Made by a program: the position numbers and the translations under genes. The notes beneath the pieces were generated by a model that was not told the DNA's origin, made no database searches, and saw nothing but the letters and a program-made list of their open reading frames with translations. From assembly GCA_009103225.1 (NCBI GenBank), contig RHPI01003156.1, positions 288,537 to 352,536 of the forward strand: a DNA stretch of 64,000 nt, written 5' to 3'. Below, piece after piece: positions 38,762 to 52,250 of this stretch. Positions within the stretch are counted from its first letter, which is position 1; every line of letters starts with the position of its first letter. The stretch is from Chlorokybus atmophyticus. Lineage: Eukaryota; Plantae; Mesostigma and Chlorokybus algae.

Positions 38762-38940
38762 CACGGCGGAAAGCAATTCGGAACAAGGGTTCCACGAAAC
38801 TGAACCAGGCTTGGTACGACTGGCCGCGCCAGCGAGGCCGCGCCGGAAGCCTGGTCCGATATAATCTGCGCCAAGCATGGCGTGGATGTACGGCCGCGGA
38901 CATCCGCACCATACATGGTTTAGTATTTATTTCTGCAATG
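38762..38940. mobile_element. 179-bp CACTA/CMC-like MITE with 3-bp TSD
   Basis: Imperfect TIRs CACGGCGGAAA / reverse complement CATTGCAGAAA, flanked by GTA. Excision restores ANV|HNPPYAGH of the host integrase. Confidence 0.85.
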
Positions 38941-40337
38941 GTACACAATCCGCCGTACGCTGGGCATTTTTACAGTCGCAAGCCTATTAAGGAAGCGCAC
39001 CAGTTGTATTGGTGGCCATCGTTGCCTATTGACGTAAAGCGTTATGTGGACACGTGTGACAAATGTCAGTGTGACAAGCCGTTACGTAAAAAAACCGCTG
39101 GGTTGCTGCAACCAATGCCTGTTTCAGCAAGCAATTGCGAAAGTGTGAGTATGGACTTACTTAATGAGCTCTTAGAGACAGCATTAGGTCACATGGTGGT
39201 TGCAGTATTTGTGGACCGTGTAACAAAAATGTTTCACATTGTCCCTTGTCGCACTCAGATAGGCTTCCATGAGTAGCGATAGTTTTCGTCGCGTTTGCGT
39301 TCAAGTTGCATGGCTTGCCCCGCAACTTTGTGTCTGATTGCGGTCCGTAACTCGTGGCTTTATCCTGGACGCCGTTATACAGCTTATTACAGATTCAACA
39401 AAACCTGAGCACAGCTTATTATCCGCAAACGGATGGTCAGATAAAAGGCACCAATCGTGTAATTGAGGAAACCATCTGGTAACCCACATTATGGTGATTG
39501 GGACATCCATCTTCCAATGGCTGGATTTGCGATCAATAATGCATGGCAAGAGAGTGTGCAGAAATCTCCGTTTTTCTTACATTATAGAGTGCATCTATTG
39601 AGTCCCATGAACATTAATTGCCCGCTACCGACGTAACTCCCGTACCTGCAGCACGCGAGATGGCTTTGGCCACGCAGGATAGGTTAGCGTTAGCCAAGGA
39701 CTGACTGCGCGCAGCGCAAGACAAACACAAGGCCTAAGCTGATGCGCATCGTAGAGAGGCCAACTACGATGTGGGATATGCGGTGCTTTTAAGCACCAGA
39801 AACATATCCACCAAGAGAGTGGGTACCCACAAGTTTTTCCCTCGCTGGTTAGGCCCTTTTGAAGTGACTGATAAGTTCGGCGCTCACGCTTATCGTTTGA
39901 ACTTGTTTGGACTTGCCAAGGTTGATACGCATTCTCACATGTGTTTCATGTCAATGTACTAAAACCGTAATGTTCTGACCATCAGTTCAACCTCCTCCAC
40001 CCCTCGTTGCAGTGGATGGCGACGATATTGTTAAGTACGAGGTGGAAGCAATCCTGTATTACCGTAAGCCTCGACGCGGACGCGCGCCAACTTACATAGT
40101 GCAATGGAAAGGGTATGGTGTTGAGCACAACACATGGGATCCCAAAGGCAACCTTATCAATTGCTAAGAGATATTTCGGGATAACGGGAGTGTTGTGTTA
40201 ACACGCGGACGGTAAAAGGGTGCTGGCAGACATCTTTACCGCTTCGGCCATGGTTCTCTCACTGCTTTTATTTTCAGTGCTTATAGTGGGGCTTTGCTAA
40301 CCCTTTAATCAAGACTTTAAAACCTAGATGGGGGGAA

Positions 40338-40815
40338 TGTAACGGAGTGCTACCTCTATTGGGATTCCCCGCCCTTATTTTGGGAGTAAATCAACGTCCT
40401 AACGGGTACACATAGCCAATCTAGCGATATTAGGGCCGTCAACCTAGTGTTAAGGCTCTAATGTAATGTTACTTATCTGTAACACTGATGTTGATATGCG
40501 TCATGAGTATCATGCCAATATCAGCTGCATGGCGGCGCTGCTAACGCAGCGGCCGCCATAGCCAAGGGATTTTCGACTCCGATAGTTGTCTGGCGGCGGC
40601 GATGTGGTTGGCATGGTTGGTCGCGGTGTTGGGGTAGGGTATAAAAGGCAGGAGGTAGCACCCTCTCCTTACATTCCCTGAGCTTGCTGCGGCGGCCAAG
40701 AATGTTGCGCATGCGATTGTTGCGCAACCATCGCACCATGCTTGGCCATGGCGAGCGTTATACCGACCATTCTCATTGTAGCCTGCTTTGACAAGGTAAT
40801 CAAATATGCTGCACG

Positions 40816-40872
<57 letters not shown>

Positions 40873-41090
40873 CATCATTGGTGGGTTGCTTAGTCCGCAC
40901 CATGTTTGGTGGGCCTTGCTGGTGCTACTCAGTATATACGTGCCATGGTGGCACATGTTAATAATGCATGCACACATGCAGTCCAGCCATACGTGTCATA
41001 ACAATGTATATAAAGTACCAGCAGTATATGCATACAAACGTTTAAAATCTTTGGCAAGTTGTGCCATCTACACCATTGCTATCTACACCA
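40338..41090 (+). repeat. Probable 3-prime LTR region of the chromovirus, containing a (CA)n microsatellite at 40818-40870
   Basis: Begins with TG directly after the PPT; right boundary not determined. Confidence 0.45.
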
Positions 41091-41093
41091 CTC

Positions 41094-42700
41094 CACCGAT
41101 AGAAATGGGTTTCGGTAAGTCTGGCCGGATCCTTATTACAAATCCAGCGCGAACTTTATTAGGGATACGCAAGATCCTGATTTAATTTATGGCTAGACCC
41201 CTATTCAAGTTAGCGCCTTACAAACGGCCATCCGTCCGGCCGGTCGCATAAGATGTACCAGATTCCCAACAACGTTGGTGACGGGGCGTTATGATTGTCA
41301 ACAAGTGTAATCATGACCAAAACCTGTACGGATGTTTATGCATATGTTGACCACTTTTTCAACACCGTTGGGGACACAATGGTTACATTACAATGCATTT
41401 AGGTTGGAAAGATGGCCGATACGAATCTTTGTCACGTGCTTAACTGGTTTCGTCAATAACGCATGGATTTAGCCATCATCAAGCTATATCGTCGATCATT
41501 ATACCGCATTAGTATAATTGTCTCAATTGTTTGCAGCCTGATCATCAATACATCGCCGGTTCAAGTACCCGTGTGCTCGCGGCCGCCGCTATAGCTTTAT
41601 GATGGCTGGATCCATGCACTATTGGCGAAGGTTGTAACGAAGGTAGGCGGCCTACCTTAACAATGTTATTGATGATCGCGCAGCCATTTCATTAATAAAA
41701 ACGCACCGGCGCGACTTGGTAGGTGACAGAGGGAGTTTATTGCAACAGCTTGCTGGATGGATGGATGGAGATACTTGGCGCCGCTAAGCCAGGTTTGAGT
41801 CCCTAGGCCACCCGCAAGCGGGTTACTTATAAAAAACACTTGTCTACAAACACCTACCGGTGCCTAGCTGTTAATCTAGGTGTCTATATTGGTTTGGATG
41901 CATGATTATGTATATATACATGTATACGTATATATATATATACACACACACATATACACACACACATATGTCCCTTATCATGTTGTTATGTATGTATTGA
42001 AAATTTTGACAACGATACACTATCACTATGTATTTATATGAGATATATATATATATATACATTAAGTATATATATTTATAATACAACTAACAATACAAAC
42101 ATACATACATATATATACACCTGTCAGCTTTGTTCACCAACTAGGGTAGCCTAGTGCTGTTGTATGCAGGTGCTGGTACATGCATTGCGTACCGGTAATA
42201 CGTGAAAGCAATACACTTGGCACGTAAGACAATTGGCCGCCGCTGAAAATGATAGAGTTTTTCAAAACGCATGACAGTGTGTCTCGTGTTGTAGTAGTCT
42301 AATCGGTTAGGTCTTGGGTCATAGGTGGATACTTGTGTACCTGATAGATTTGTCCGTGCAAGCTTGAATCTCGGCAATGGCCCTGCGTTACGATTGTTTC
42401 ATTTTTAGCCGCAAACTGCGGCCATAACATTTCTGGTTAGATCACGCATTATAATTAATCCTCTTGATACATAATTTAACCAAAAACCAGTACAAGATGT
42501 GATGTGGCCAGTGGCCAGTGATGTGGCCAATATTTAGTTCAAGAAAAGATGGATACCAAACTTAATGCACACCAACTACTTTTCCTTCACCATGACAGCT
42601 GGATACCAAACTAAGTTGTGGCTGCAGCAGGAAAAAGTGCAAAAATCGATATGTTGCTTACATGTGGAGCTCTGATTAAGTTATAGCTGGATCTCCATTG
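41094..42700 (+). mobile_element. Non-autonomous CACTA-like DNA transposon, copy 1 (right end degenerate)
   Basis: Starts CACCGATAGAAATGGGTTTCGG and is colinear with 53963-55417, including the internal TA/TG microsatellite and the GCGGCCATAACATTTCTGGTTAGATCACGCATT block. Similarity is lost after GGATCTCCA. Confidence 0.8.
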
Positions 42701-45154
42701 AAGTTGTAGGTGTCATGCCTATTGCCCGCGCATACCAGCCTTCATCGAGCATGCCTACATCGAAACCATCGCCCGGCCTATCAGCACACCAACTTTCGCG
42801 CATCACTGACCGGTAGCTAGGTCATGACTCTAGAGTGGCTCATGACCATAGCCTACCAAGGCACCGCGCGTAGCTGTTCAGTTGTGAGTTCAGTTATAAG
42901 TTGTGTTCTATATCGAGCAAGGATTGCTGTGGAAATAGCCTCGATATGACCATTAGCTTATGTTCTGAACAGTCATAATTTAACTGGTATAAGTAGGCAC
43001 AGTGTTCACCGGATCAGCTGGTGACCCTGTTAGTGAGAAAGCTAAGAGCTTGTGAAGCGATTTGACCTACGAACACACCGTCCCGGTTATCAAGAAACCC
43101 CTCACCGTGTGAGAGCCTGTGCATGCTCGTGTGCATCGTGCCTGTCATTGCTATGAGCTTGGTGTGCCTGGTTGCAGTGTGCTTGTTGGCATTAGTTAGG
43201 GCATAGCATCCACGTATTGCTTGCTCACTCACCTCACTTAACAGTGTAACACATTTTTCGCTCATGCAAAGAACTGTGTAAACAGCACTACCTATAGTAG
43301 TGGCTTGTTGACTCACAGTGTCACCCTCTTTGCTCAAGTGAGTGCGTCGCATTCTGTACCTGGGAACACATCCCTGGGCATTCGTTATCACCGTCATTAC
43401 ATAGTGCACACACAAGCACTAGTGTGGTGAGTGGCATCAAGACAGGCAGTAGAGCAAAAACACGTTACTCTGCATACATTTTCACCGGTGGACTAGCTGT
43501 ATGAGCAGGCCCGCCCCGTTCTCTCCAATAGACGAGGGTGACCTCGGCAGCTGGAGCCCAACCTCCAATCTCACCTACGAGCGGACCAGTGACGGGAGCA
43601 ACGATCACAGCAGCAAAGGCTCGCGTTCCGTCTCCGGCTTCACACTCCGTTCCTGTCTACTCCTCGGCATCGAGCTTTCCCACTCTCGTCCGACAGTGAC
43701 AACTACGAGATGGAGTCTTCCAGCTCAACCACATCCCTACGCTTCTCCGGACGTGCTGGCACTACCTCGCTGGACGAATTCATTAACAAGTTCCATTCCG
43801 GGATGCGACAGCAAGCTCTGAAGAACAAAGACTGGTCAAATGCGATTTCTTTTCATATTGCTGCTTAGTATCTAGACCATGAACCGCATGATGTCTGAAA
43901 GTCGGTTGCTGAACTGCATCGAGTTGATGGCTATGGCAAGCTCGCTAGCACCATAGCATTTGCGTCACTGCACAGTCCAGTAGCTGTCTTTCCACCTGCC
44001 CCTCCTGTCGCAGTCACCAATTTGTCCATAGCGGCAGCCATTGACAGTGCAGAGGAGGAGGAAGCTGAGTTGATGATCGTCAACCTAACCCCCGCAGAGA
44101 TTGAGATCAAAACGGCCGCACGATGGGCCCGGATCCTGGACCGCTCTGCTGCTATCTTTGAAGAACAACGAGCTGCAGCCGTTGAGGTGGGCACACCTCT
44201 ACCTTTGGCAACACCTGGCTCTCGTGCGGGAGGCAATGCTTTCACCCTCGGGTCAGTCGCACTGCGTGCACCAGCCATCACTGTAGGTGCTGCCATCTCA
44301 GATTCTCCACTCAAGGACCTATACGCTGCACTTCGTCGCACCTTCCCACCGCAGACCACCAGCAAAGTGGAGGAGTTGAGACGGTTCCGACGCAAGCCCA
44401 ACGAGGACCCGCTACGTCTGTACTTTAGACTGGAAGGGCTGCTGAAGGACACTCACTACAAGATCGTCAGTGATGAGGCTGCTGCAGTGGTATATGTCAA
44501 TGAATTGGATGCCACCCTAAGCGAGTCGACGCGCCAAACCCTGAACTAACAGCAGGCCCCTTGGCTGCACCTCCAGGAAGCTTTTAAGACTACACAAGCC
44601 ATCCATAAGCGCTTGGTGTATGAGAAGGCAATGCTGGACATCAACCGCAGTGCCTCATGGCCCATGAGGCCGGGCCTGTAGCCAGCACAACTATTAAGCT
44701 GGCTCCTCGCCTCGAACGTGGCCGGGACGCTCCACCAGCACGCAACAAAGGGAAGCCGTCAGCTCATACTGCTTTGCCTGCCCCTGTGCAATGTCATCGC
44801 TGTGGACGGCATGGGCACTACTAAAAGGAGTGCACCGAAGAATACACAACCCTGGTCTGCGACTACTGTCACAAGACAGGCTACTTGAAGTCAGTTTGCT
44901 GGCTCAAGTTCCCTGAGTTGAGACCGGCCAACAGCTGCAACGGCAACAATTCTGGTGGCTATAACAGCAACAACACTGGAGGCCACAACAGCAACAACTC
45001 TGGTGGCTACAACAGCAACCATACCGGAGGCCATAACAACAACAACAACTACGCCAATGCTCGCAAGGAAGAGCAAGGCTACAGGGGGAAGAATCGTTCT
45101 CCTTAGCGCAAGGGACTGGAAGGACGTCCGCGTGCTGCTGTTGTTGCTGCCAAG

Positions 45155-45428
45155 CCGCCAGCTGATGACCATATTGCTACCCTCATGGCGCATATGGCAC
45201 GCTTGGAGGAAGACAAGGAGCACGACTACTGCGCCTGCTACGCTGCCTGGTGGGCACCAATGGCTCCGAAGCGCACGAGAGACACCAGCCAACCCGCCAG
45301 CTGATGACCATATTGCTACCCTCATGGCGCATATGGCACGCTTGGAGGAAGACAAGGAGCACGACTACTGCGCCTGCTACGCTGCCTGGTGGGCACCAAT
45401 GGCTCCGAAGCGCACGAGAGACACCAGC
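45155..45428 (+). repeat. 139-bp tandem duplication in the gypsy gag region
   Basis: CCGCCAGCTGATGACCATATTGC...GAGACACCAGC starts at 45155 and again at 45294. Confidence 0.93.
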
Positions 45429-48253
45429 GCTCCGTCACGTGTTTAACCATCCCGACGAGCCTGAGGGGAAGCCGCAACATCGTCAGCAGCTACCTTTTCC
45501 AAAGCCACCAGTGGTGCTGCACCAGCAGCAACAGCTATACCGGCTACGATGTCGACTCCGTTAATGTCAGCAGCAACTACTCCAGTTGCACAAGAAGTTG
45601 GTACATCAATGGGTACCGTGACGCCAACACTGGTGAGCACGCTGGCGACAGCCATTGCTGTCACTGACCCTGCAGCAGTAGATCGCACCGGTCCCGCTCT
45701 ACCTGCAGGACCACTTGCGGCAGCGAGTGTTGAGACCACTCTCGCGCCATTGAGCGGCACTCTTGCGACTACTGCCAGTGCCATCGTCGAGTCCGCTGCC
45801 ACTACAGCGGCGGCGCAGCTACATTGCCCATCCTCGACATCACTTACGCTATCCCGCGAGATCAGCAAGCTGAGCGCGCATGGGAGACCGTCATGCGTTG
45901 AGCAGATACCACTACCATTGCTTCTGGGCGCGGAGGAGAGCGCACAACGCGCGTTGAATGCAGTGATCATGTCTTCCCACTGCCTGAATATCACACCCTA
46001 CCAGAACAGACTCAGCGGCAACTGGAGGATGAAATCCTCGCCGGCACGGCGCCTCCCATGCGAGACCGCGTCTTTGTGTTTAAAATACCTGTTGTACTGG
46101 AGTTGGCACTATAGCTGTTCTAGACTTTGCGTAACAACATGCAGACTGCGCCACGCCAGCCCGCACCGGTCCGTTATGAACCTTTCGAGCCAAGTCCACT
46201 AGACACATATGAGGACCGGCAACCCAACGTACAGCAGCACATCGCTGATACAGCCGACATGCCTTTGAGTAACAATAAAGCACAGAGACCCCTCAGCACC
46301 GTTCGTCTTCACGAGCGCTACACCGCTCTGAAACAAGCGTTTACCTGGTGGCAAGACCAAACGGCAGCAATCAATGCAAGAGCGCGAGCTCTTGCTGCTG
46401 ATCGCGCTTTGATTCTTCAACCGACAGTCGTTGGCCCATTGTCCGGCACGACACCTCTCGTCGTTGAGCCCGACATTGAGCAGGCGAGGGCGCTGGCCTA
46501 ACAAACTAGGGGGGTGATGGCCCCGATGTTACCGCTTTGTTGGAAGACTTGCCGGACGATTCACGGGATCCAGGGAGAGGCTACCTCACACCACAAGGGT
46601 GTACACAACGGGAGGGAGCAGGCTTAGTCGGAGAACAGCAACTTCGCACTGCCCTGTTGCGACGAGCAATCATGCTACATCGACAAGAAGGCATCGGCCT
46701 GAGACGGATGATGGGGATGCAAGAAGGTGGCAACGCAGCTCGATCAAGACTAGTGACTTGACTAGTCACCAATCAGCTCGTAGTCCCTCTGTTCGCATTC
46801 AGCACCAGGTTGTTATGGTTGGACGCCTTCCTTCGCGACGGCAAGCCTATGACGAGGTTGCCTCGGCCGCCATTGACACCATTGACACCTTAGCTCAAGA
46901 GGCCATATTGAGGTTGCCAGGAATGGAAGCAGCGCAACAACGCAGACGCATCGCAGCTGCCTATGAGCAGCATGTCCAACAACCAAAGATTTACCTTGCT
47001 GTGCGGGCACGAGCAACAACGGTGCGTGAAGTGGGGGTGGTCAATGGCAGATGGGATGCCTACATGGCAGGGTTCAAGGGTTCCCACCATCACCCACGAC
47101 ATAAGAGCGCGGCTTCTGCGTGCAGTGTATCTCCAGCCCATGCCTCAGAATCATCGCTGGAGTGACGTGGCCAACAATCCAACAGCCACATGGGAAGGTA
47201 CACTGGTCATGGAGGCAGCTCATGCTGTACGCTGGACTTATGTGGAAGAACAGGCTGCACGGGAGGCGGGTCCACAAACACCCGGTCTTCCAGGGTTTCC
47301 CCAACAGCCACCGGTGACGCCGCCAGCTATGACCCCGGCCACACAGAGGCGCAATCCCCCTGCGCCACAACCAGGGCAACTACAGGCAGCACCGCCAGCA
47401 CCCAGGCCGCAGCGGGTATACCAACAGCTAAGATCATAACGGTTTGGGTCAGGCTGCGGATACAGAGGTTCTCAAGACACAGTTAGTCAAGGGGCACTTG
47501 CCGCACTGCGCTCGGCACCACCAGAGGAGACTGCAGCAGCAGTTACCCCATACACACGCTACCGGCAATTCAAGCGGCTGCGCATCCACGCCAACGCAGC
47601 CATGATCGCCAACAAAAGCAAGCGTGTCACCATTAACGGACGAGTACCCAAGCGCGTGATGCTGGACTCTGGAGCTCTGCCTGTCATTATCGGACGTTAC
47701 CTCGCACGTGACCTTGGCATCACCAGCGCGGAGTTGATTCCTTGCCCATACGTGCTCGACACAGCATCCGGCAGTCGTGACAAGGTGATTGGCATCATCA
47801 AACAGGCCCTCTGCATTCGCTTGACAGGGTTGGACCCTTCCCACAGCTCCAAGGTCATACAAAAGTGTGTGGTCACCGATGCAGGATCCTTCGACCTGCA
47901 GCTGGGACAGGACTTCAACTTCCCTGTTGGCATGGGGCTGAACTGCTGGACAGAGAAGGCATGGTTTCGTCCCAATTGAGATGAGGAGGATGGAGAGGTT
48001 CAGGGATATCTACCTCTTGAGCTGGTGGCTCGCACTCGTTCTCACCAAAGGTCAGCTGCAACAGCAACACCTATAGGTCGATGTGGACAACCACTGACAT
48101 TCAGCTGCAACAGCCCCCTACAAGGCACTTTCGGCAACCACTGACAGGTCAGCTGCGGTGGTCACCCACAACCCTGACTAAAACTCTCCTGTTTCTTACA
48201 ACGAGTCCCAGGAGGATGCCACTGAAGAAGTGGCCCACCAAAAACCATCTGAA

Positions 48254-48702
48254 TGTTGCAGGTATTACATGGGTGATGCTTGTATCCGGTCAGCTTGCCC
48301 TTCATACATGAGTCGAGGGTCGCAGGTACCAGGAAGAAGCGCGTGGACTCCAGACTTAGCAAGACGGTCGAGTCATGACGGACTTCGGACCAGGCTGCTT
48401 GGTAGAGCCTTGGGAGAAATCGCGTAGCTTTGTGGATACGTAAGCTTAGCAGGCGTGGCTTAGCTTGTTGAATAGCTCGGGTTGTGAGCTAGACAGCGTA
48501 GCTTACAGAATAGCAATCGGCTGAGTATAGCGCACGCGGTGCTTGCCAATGTAGACGTGTGTAGAGACTGGCGGGGTATAAAGCCCAGACTTGTTGCAAT
48601 GAAGATAAGAGGTCACGATGTAGCATGTGCGGATGCTATGGCGGCAGTAGCAGTCATGCTCTTGTGTTGATGGCGTGTCACTTGCACGTGTGTATGTCAA
48701 CA
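48254..48702. mobile_element. Solo LTR (449 bp) inserted between protease and DNMT
   Basis: TGTTG...TCAACA termini with CTGAA TSD. Shares GGCGTGGCTTAGCTTGTTG and GCTGAGTATAGC.CACGCGGTGCTTGC with 32889-33396. Confidence 0.92.
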
Positions 48703-48869
48703 CTGAACGCCGCTGGCGCGCACAGGTGGTCGCACATCTACTACTGACCAGACCACGGCTCACTGCACGGTTCCCTCTCTACAAGGACCAAGCTGCAGTC
48801 TATGAGCAACACCAGATGGCCACTGCAGTAGTGGAGTTTCACACGTTCCGCCCGCAACAAGGCATCAAC

Positions 48870-50020
48870 GTGTTGGAACTATTTTGAGGTATAGGTAGTG
48901 GCCTCGCCGCTGTCCTCAACACCGGCGCGACGGTCACCAAGTACTTCTGCTGCGACCCGGATCCACACACACCGACTGCTCTGGACCACCACTTGCGCCA
49001 TCCATACCAATGCTACCCGCAGCAGCTGCCACTATTCGCACTACAAGGCAATCTGAAAGCACTGCCACTGGACATCCAGTTGATCATTGCGGATCACCTC
49101 CTGGCGGTGGGCAACATCAACCTGCTGATAGCAGGATGGGAGTGTCAAGGACACTCCAGAGCAAACAGAGGCCAAGAACTCGCTGCTCCTTGCTTGCGAC
49201 TGTTTTGGGAACCGATGCGTGTCATCAAAATCCTGCAGAGCAACCAGCTGTCAAGGCCTCCGGGTTGTATCATCTAAAATGTGCACTCCGCGGGCGACCA
49301 GCGCCACCACGTGGCCAACAGCTTTTTACATGTGTGTTCCTTACTGAGACACACATGTCAAAATTAATGCAGCACGTCATGGCTCCCGTGCTCATCGCGT
49401 CCGCGCCAAGTGGACCGACTTGGCTACAGTCGAGGATCTCTTTGCTGCTGAGTATCCGCACAACAGTCGTGCATGCGATCTTACCGCGGGCGACCAGCGC
49501 CACCACGTGGCCAACAGCTTTTTACATGTGTGTTCCTTACTGAGACACACATGTTAAAATTAATGCAGCACGTCATGGCTCCTGTGCTCATCGCGTCCGC
49601 GCCAAGTGGACCGACTTGGCTACAGTCAAGGATCTCTTTGCTGCTGAGTATCCGCACAACAGTCGTGCATGCGATCTTACCGTCAACATTATCCTGGACA
49701 CTGGACGCACAGCACAACCAGTCACGCGACACGATCACCAGCACTTCCATCAATGCAACCAGCCCGGTCAACCGTGTCGTGCACTCCCCACTCTGATGTC
49801 TTACCCATGATCATACGCCTTCCGCAACCGAGGCGAAGGCATGGTGTTGGATTTTAACACAGGCCGAATGGAGGAACCCAACGCACGTGAGCGCGGCATG
49901 GGATTTTTTCCAGGCAGTATCACAGGTTCCACGCTGACCGACAGTCAGCAATGCCAGTTGTTGGGATGCGCAATAGACCAGAACACCATGGTGAGGTTAT
50001 TGGAGATCTGCTTTGCTCTC
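48870..50020 (+). pseudogene. C5-cytosine DNA methyltransferase domain (disrupted) inside gypsy pol
   Basis: Motif I VLELF*GIGSGL, motif IV LLIAGWECQGHSRA (Cys codon 49143-49145), motif VI II*NV (ENV), motif VIII-like AARHGSRAHRVRAKWT, C-terminal EEPNARER.MGF...LLGCAIDQN. Contains stops, a frameshift and a 196-bp duplication. Confidence 0.88.
49288..49681 (+). repeat. 196-bp tandem duplication within the DNMT domain
   Basis: CCGCGGGCGACCAGCGCC... starts at 49288 and again at 49484; only a few substitutions differ. Confidence 0.93.
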
Positions 50021-51999
50021 CAGGACCGCCACGTGTCCTTCCACGAGCTTGAACACCTAGCGGGGGGTGGGCTGATCGCGTGCGAGACACCAAAGCGGCA
50101 CACACCGCCCTCGAAATCGCCCTTATGGAGGAGCATGCAGCAGTCACTGTGGAGGACATTCCAGTAGTCGCCAACGCTACCTCTTGGTCCCATGCCATTG
50201 GACCACTGGCTACAGGCCAGATGCGAGAACAACTTGAGGCTCTCCCCAACAAGTGGAGGAGTCACTTTAGCTTCAGCGTGAAGGAACTGGGCATCTGCTC
50301 GTTTACCAGATGGACATTGAGTTGGTGGACACCGAACCGGTGTTCCGACGACACTACCAACTCTTCAAGTTGAAAGAAGATACGGTGGAGCAGAAGTGCA
50401 AGGCTTTGTTAGATGCAGACCTGATTGAGGAGTCCACAACGGACTTTGCGGCCGCGACCGTCATGCCCATGAAGAAGGACTCAGCAGGCAACTGGACAGA
50501 CTGGCGTATGTGCGGCAACTACCACCCCCTCAACAACAAGAGCAAGCACGACAGGTATCCAATGCCTACTGCAGAACGTATCTTTGATGATGTAGGTGAC
50601 TATACCGTCTTCAGCATCCTAAACATGCGCCAAGGGTACAACCACATCGCCATCAAGGGGGAGAACAAGCACAAGACCTCTTTTTGGGGCAACCGGCAGC
50701 TATACAAGTGGAAGGTCATGCCCTTTGGATTAAAGAATGCTCCTGCCAAGTTCCAGCGCGTCATGGACAAAGCCTTAAAGGGGCTGGACTTTACGCGAGG
50801 CTACATTGACGACATTCTCATCTACAGCCGCAGAAACGAAGAGCACCTACAGCACACCGAGAAGGTGCTGGAGAGACTCAAGGGGGTGGGGATGACTGTG
50901 CACCCTGACATGTGCACATTCTTCACTCACAAAGTACCCTACCTAGGGCACATGACTGTGCCCCACGGTGTATATGTACAGCAGGCAAAGGTGGAGGCCC
51001 TGGCAGCTATCCCTGCTCCAACGGACCTTACGCGCCTGCGCGCCTTTCTGGACCTTGCCAACTACTATCGCCGGTTCGTGAAGGACTTCGCAAAAATCGC
51101 ACGGCCCCTCAATGAGCTCCTGAAGAAGGAAGTGGAGTTTGCGTGGAAGGAGCCACAGTAGCAGGCGTTTGAGGAGCTAAGGGCAGGCTCACCATAGCTC
51201 CCATCCTGCAACGCCCTGACTACACCAAGCCCTTCATCTTCCACACCGACTGGAACAAGCTCGGGATGGGGGCTGTGCTGGTGCACGACGATGAAAACAA
51301 GAAGGAGCGGGTGGTGTCCTACGCCAGCCGAAGCAACAACAGCGCCAAGGCCAACTACAGCAGCTACGAGGGGGAGTGCCTCGCTGTAGTGTGGGCTATC
51401 TCCTTCTTCAAACCTTTCCTCTTCGGTCGACAACTCCAGCTGACTGATCATTAGCCACTCAAGTGGTTGATGACCAACCAACATATGACAGGGAAACTTG
51501 CTCGCTGGGCCCTGTTGTTGCAGGAGTATAACTTCGAGGTCGACTACCGCGCCGGCCTCACCAACCAAGACGCCGATGGCCTCAGTCGTAACCCTCACCG
51601 CAGCATCAATGATGCAACCGGAGCTTAGCATGAGCTCGGCCCTGCAGCAACAGCTCCCACCGTGGCAGCTATGTTTGCTGTTGTCGCGTTACGCTCAGGG
51701 CGCAAGATCAACACCACTGCCACATCAGCGGAGGAGGAGATTCCTATCCTTAAGTCTACCGGCCCCGCAGTGACCGCACCCCTAGGGGACGCCCACGCGG
51801 TCAACAGTGAAGTCAATGACACCGAGCTGGCACCCACCGACACCAGGCAGGACATATGGCTGGACAAGCCATCACTCTCGTTCCTTCAAAGTGGCCAGCT
51901 TCTACAATGTGCGGCTATGATCCCGGGTTAATGGTATTGTCGGACACTGTGGTGCCTTGTACAAACCAGTCCATGTGCTTGCCCATATGACGCATGTCC

Positions 52000-52250
52000 C
52001 GCTTTGGCCATGCCATGACAGCAGGCCACCATACCAAAAAGTGCCATTCTGGCAACAGTACAATAGCTAGTAGACGATAATGCTGCAATCATGCAACTAC
52101 TTGATGCAGGAGGGCGAACGGAGGGTGAAACCATAAAATTCCCTTGGCAGCCTTTAGCTAAGCTTGCCTCCAATCAGAGGTCAATGCATTGCCCACGCTT
52201 CCTGGCATCCGCACAGCTGACATGAATGCTGCAGATTTGGCGTTTTAGTC
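52000..52250 (-). pseudogene. DIRS-associated N6-adenine methyltransferase-like (MT) domain remnant
   Basis: GNALTSDW...LWFHPPFALLHQVVA*LQHY..LAIVLLPEW...WWP; HPPF codons at 52127-52116. Confidence 0.8.

Larger units (their letters stand above)
43501..51930 (+). mobile_element. Decayed Ty3/gypsy retrotransposon carrying a C5-cytosine DNA methyltransferase domain (gag-PR-DNMT-RT-RH)
   Basis: gag with two zinc knuckles (CHRCGRHGHY*KEC, CDYCHKTGYLKSVC), protease VMLDSGALPVIIG (47602-47979), DNMT (48870-50020), RT ORF 50310-51161 with GYIDDILIYS, RNase H HTDWNKLGMGAVL / EGECLAVVWA / DADGLSR. Integrase is absent, cut at the junction with the DIRS element. Confidence 0.92.

Noticed and set aside
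48870-50020. DNMT as an independent host methyltransferase gene
   Set aside because: No introns or promoter evident; it is contiguous with protease and RT once the solo LTR is removed.
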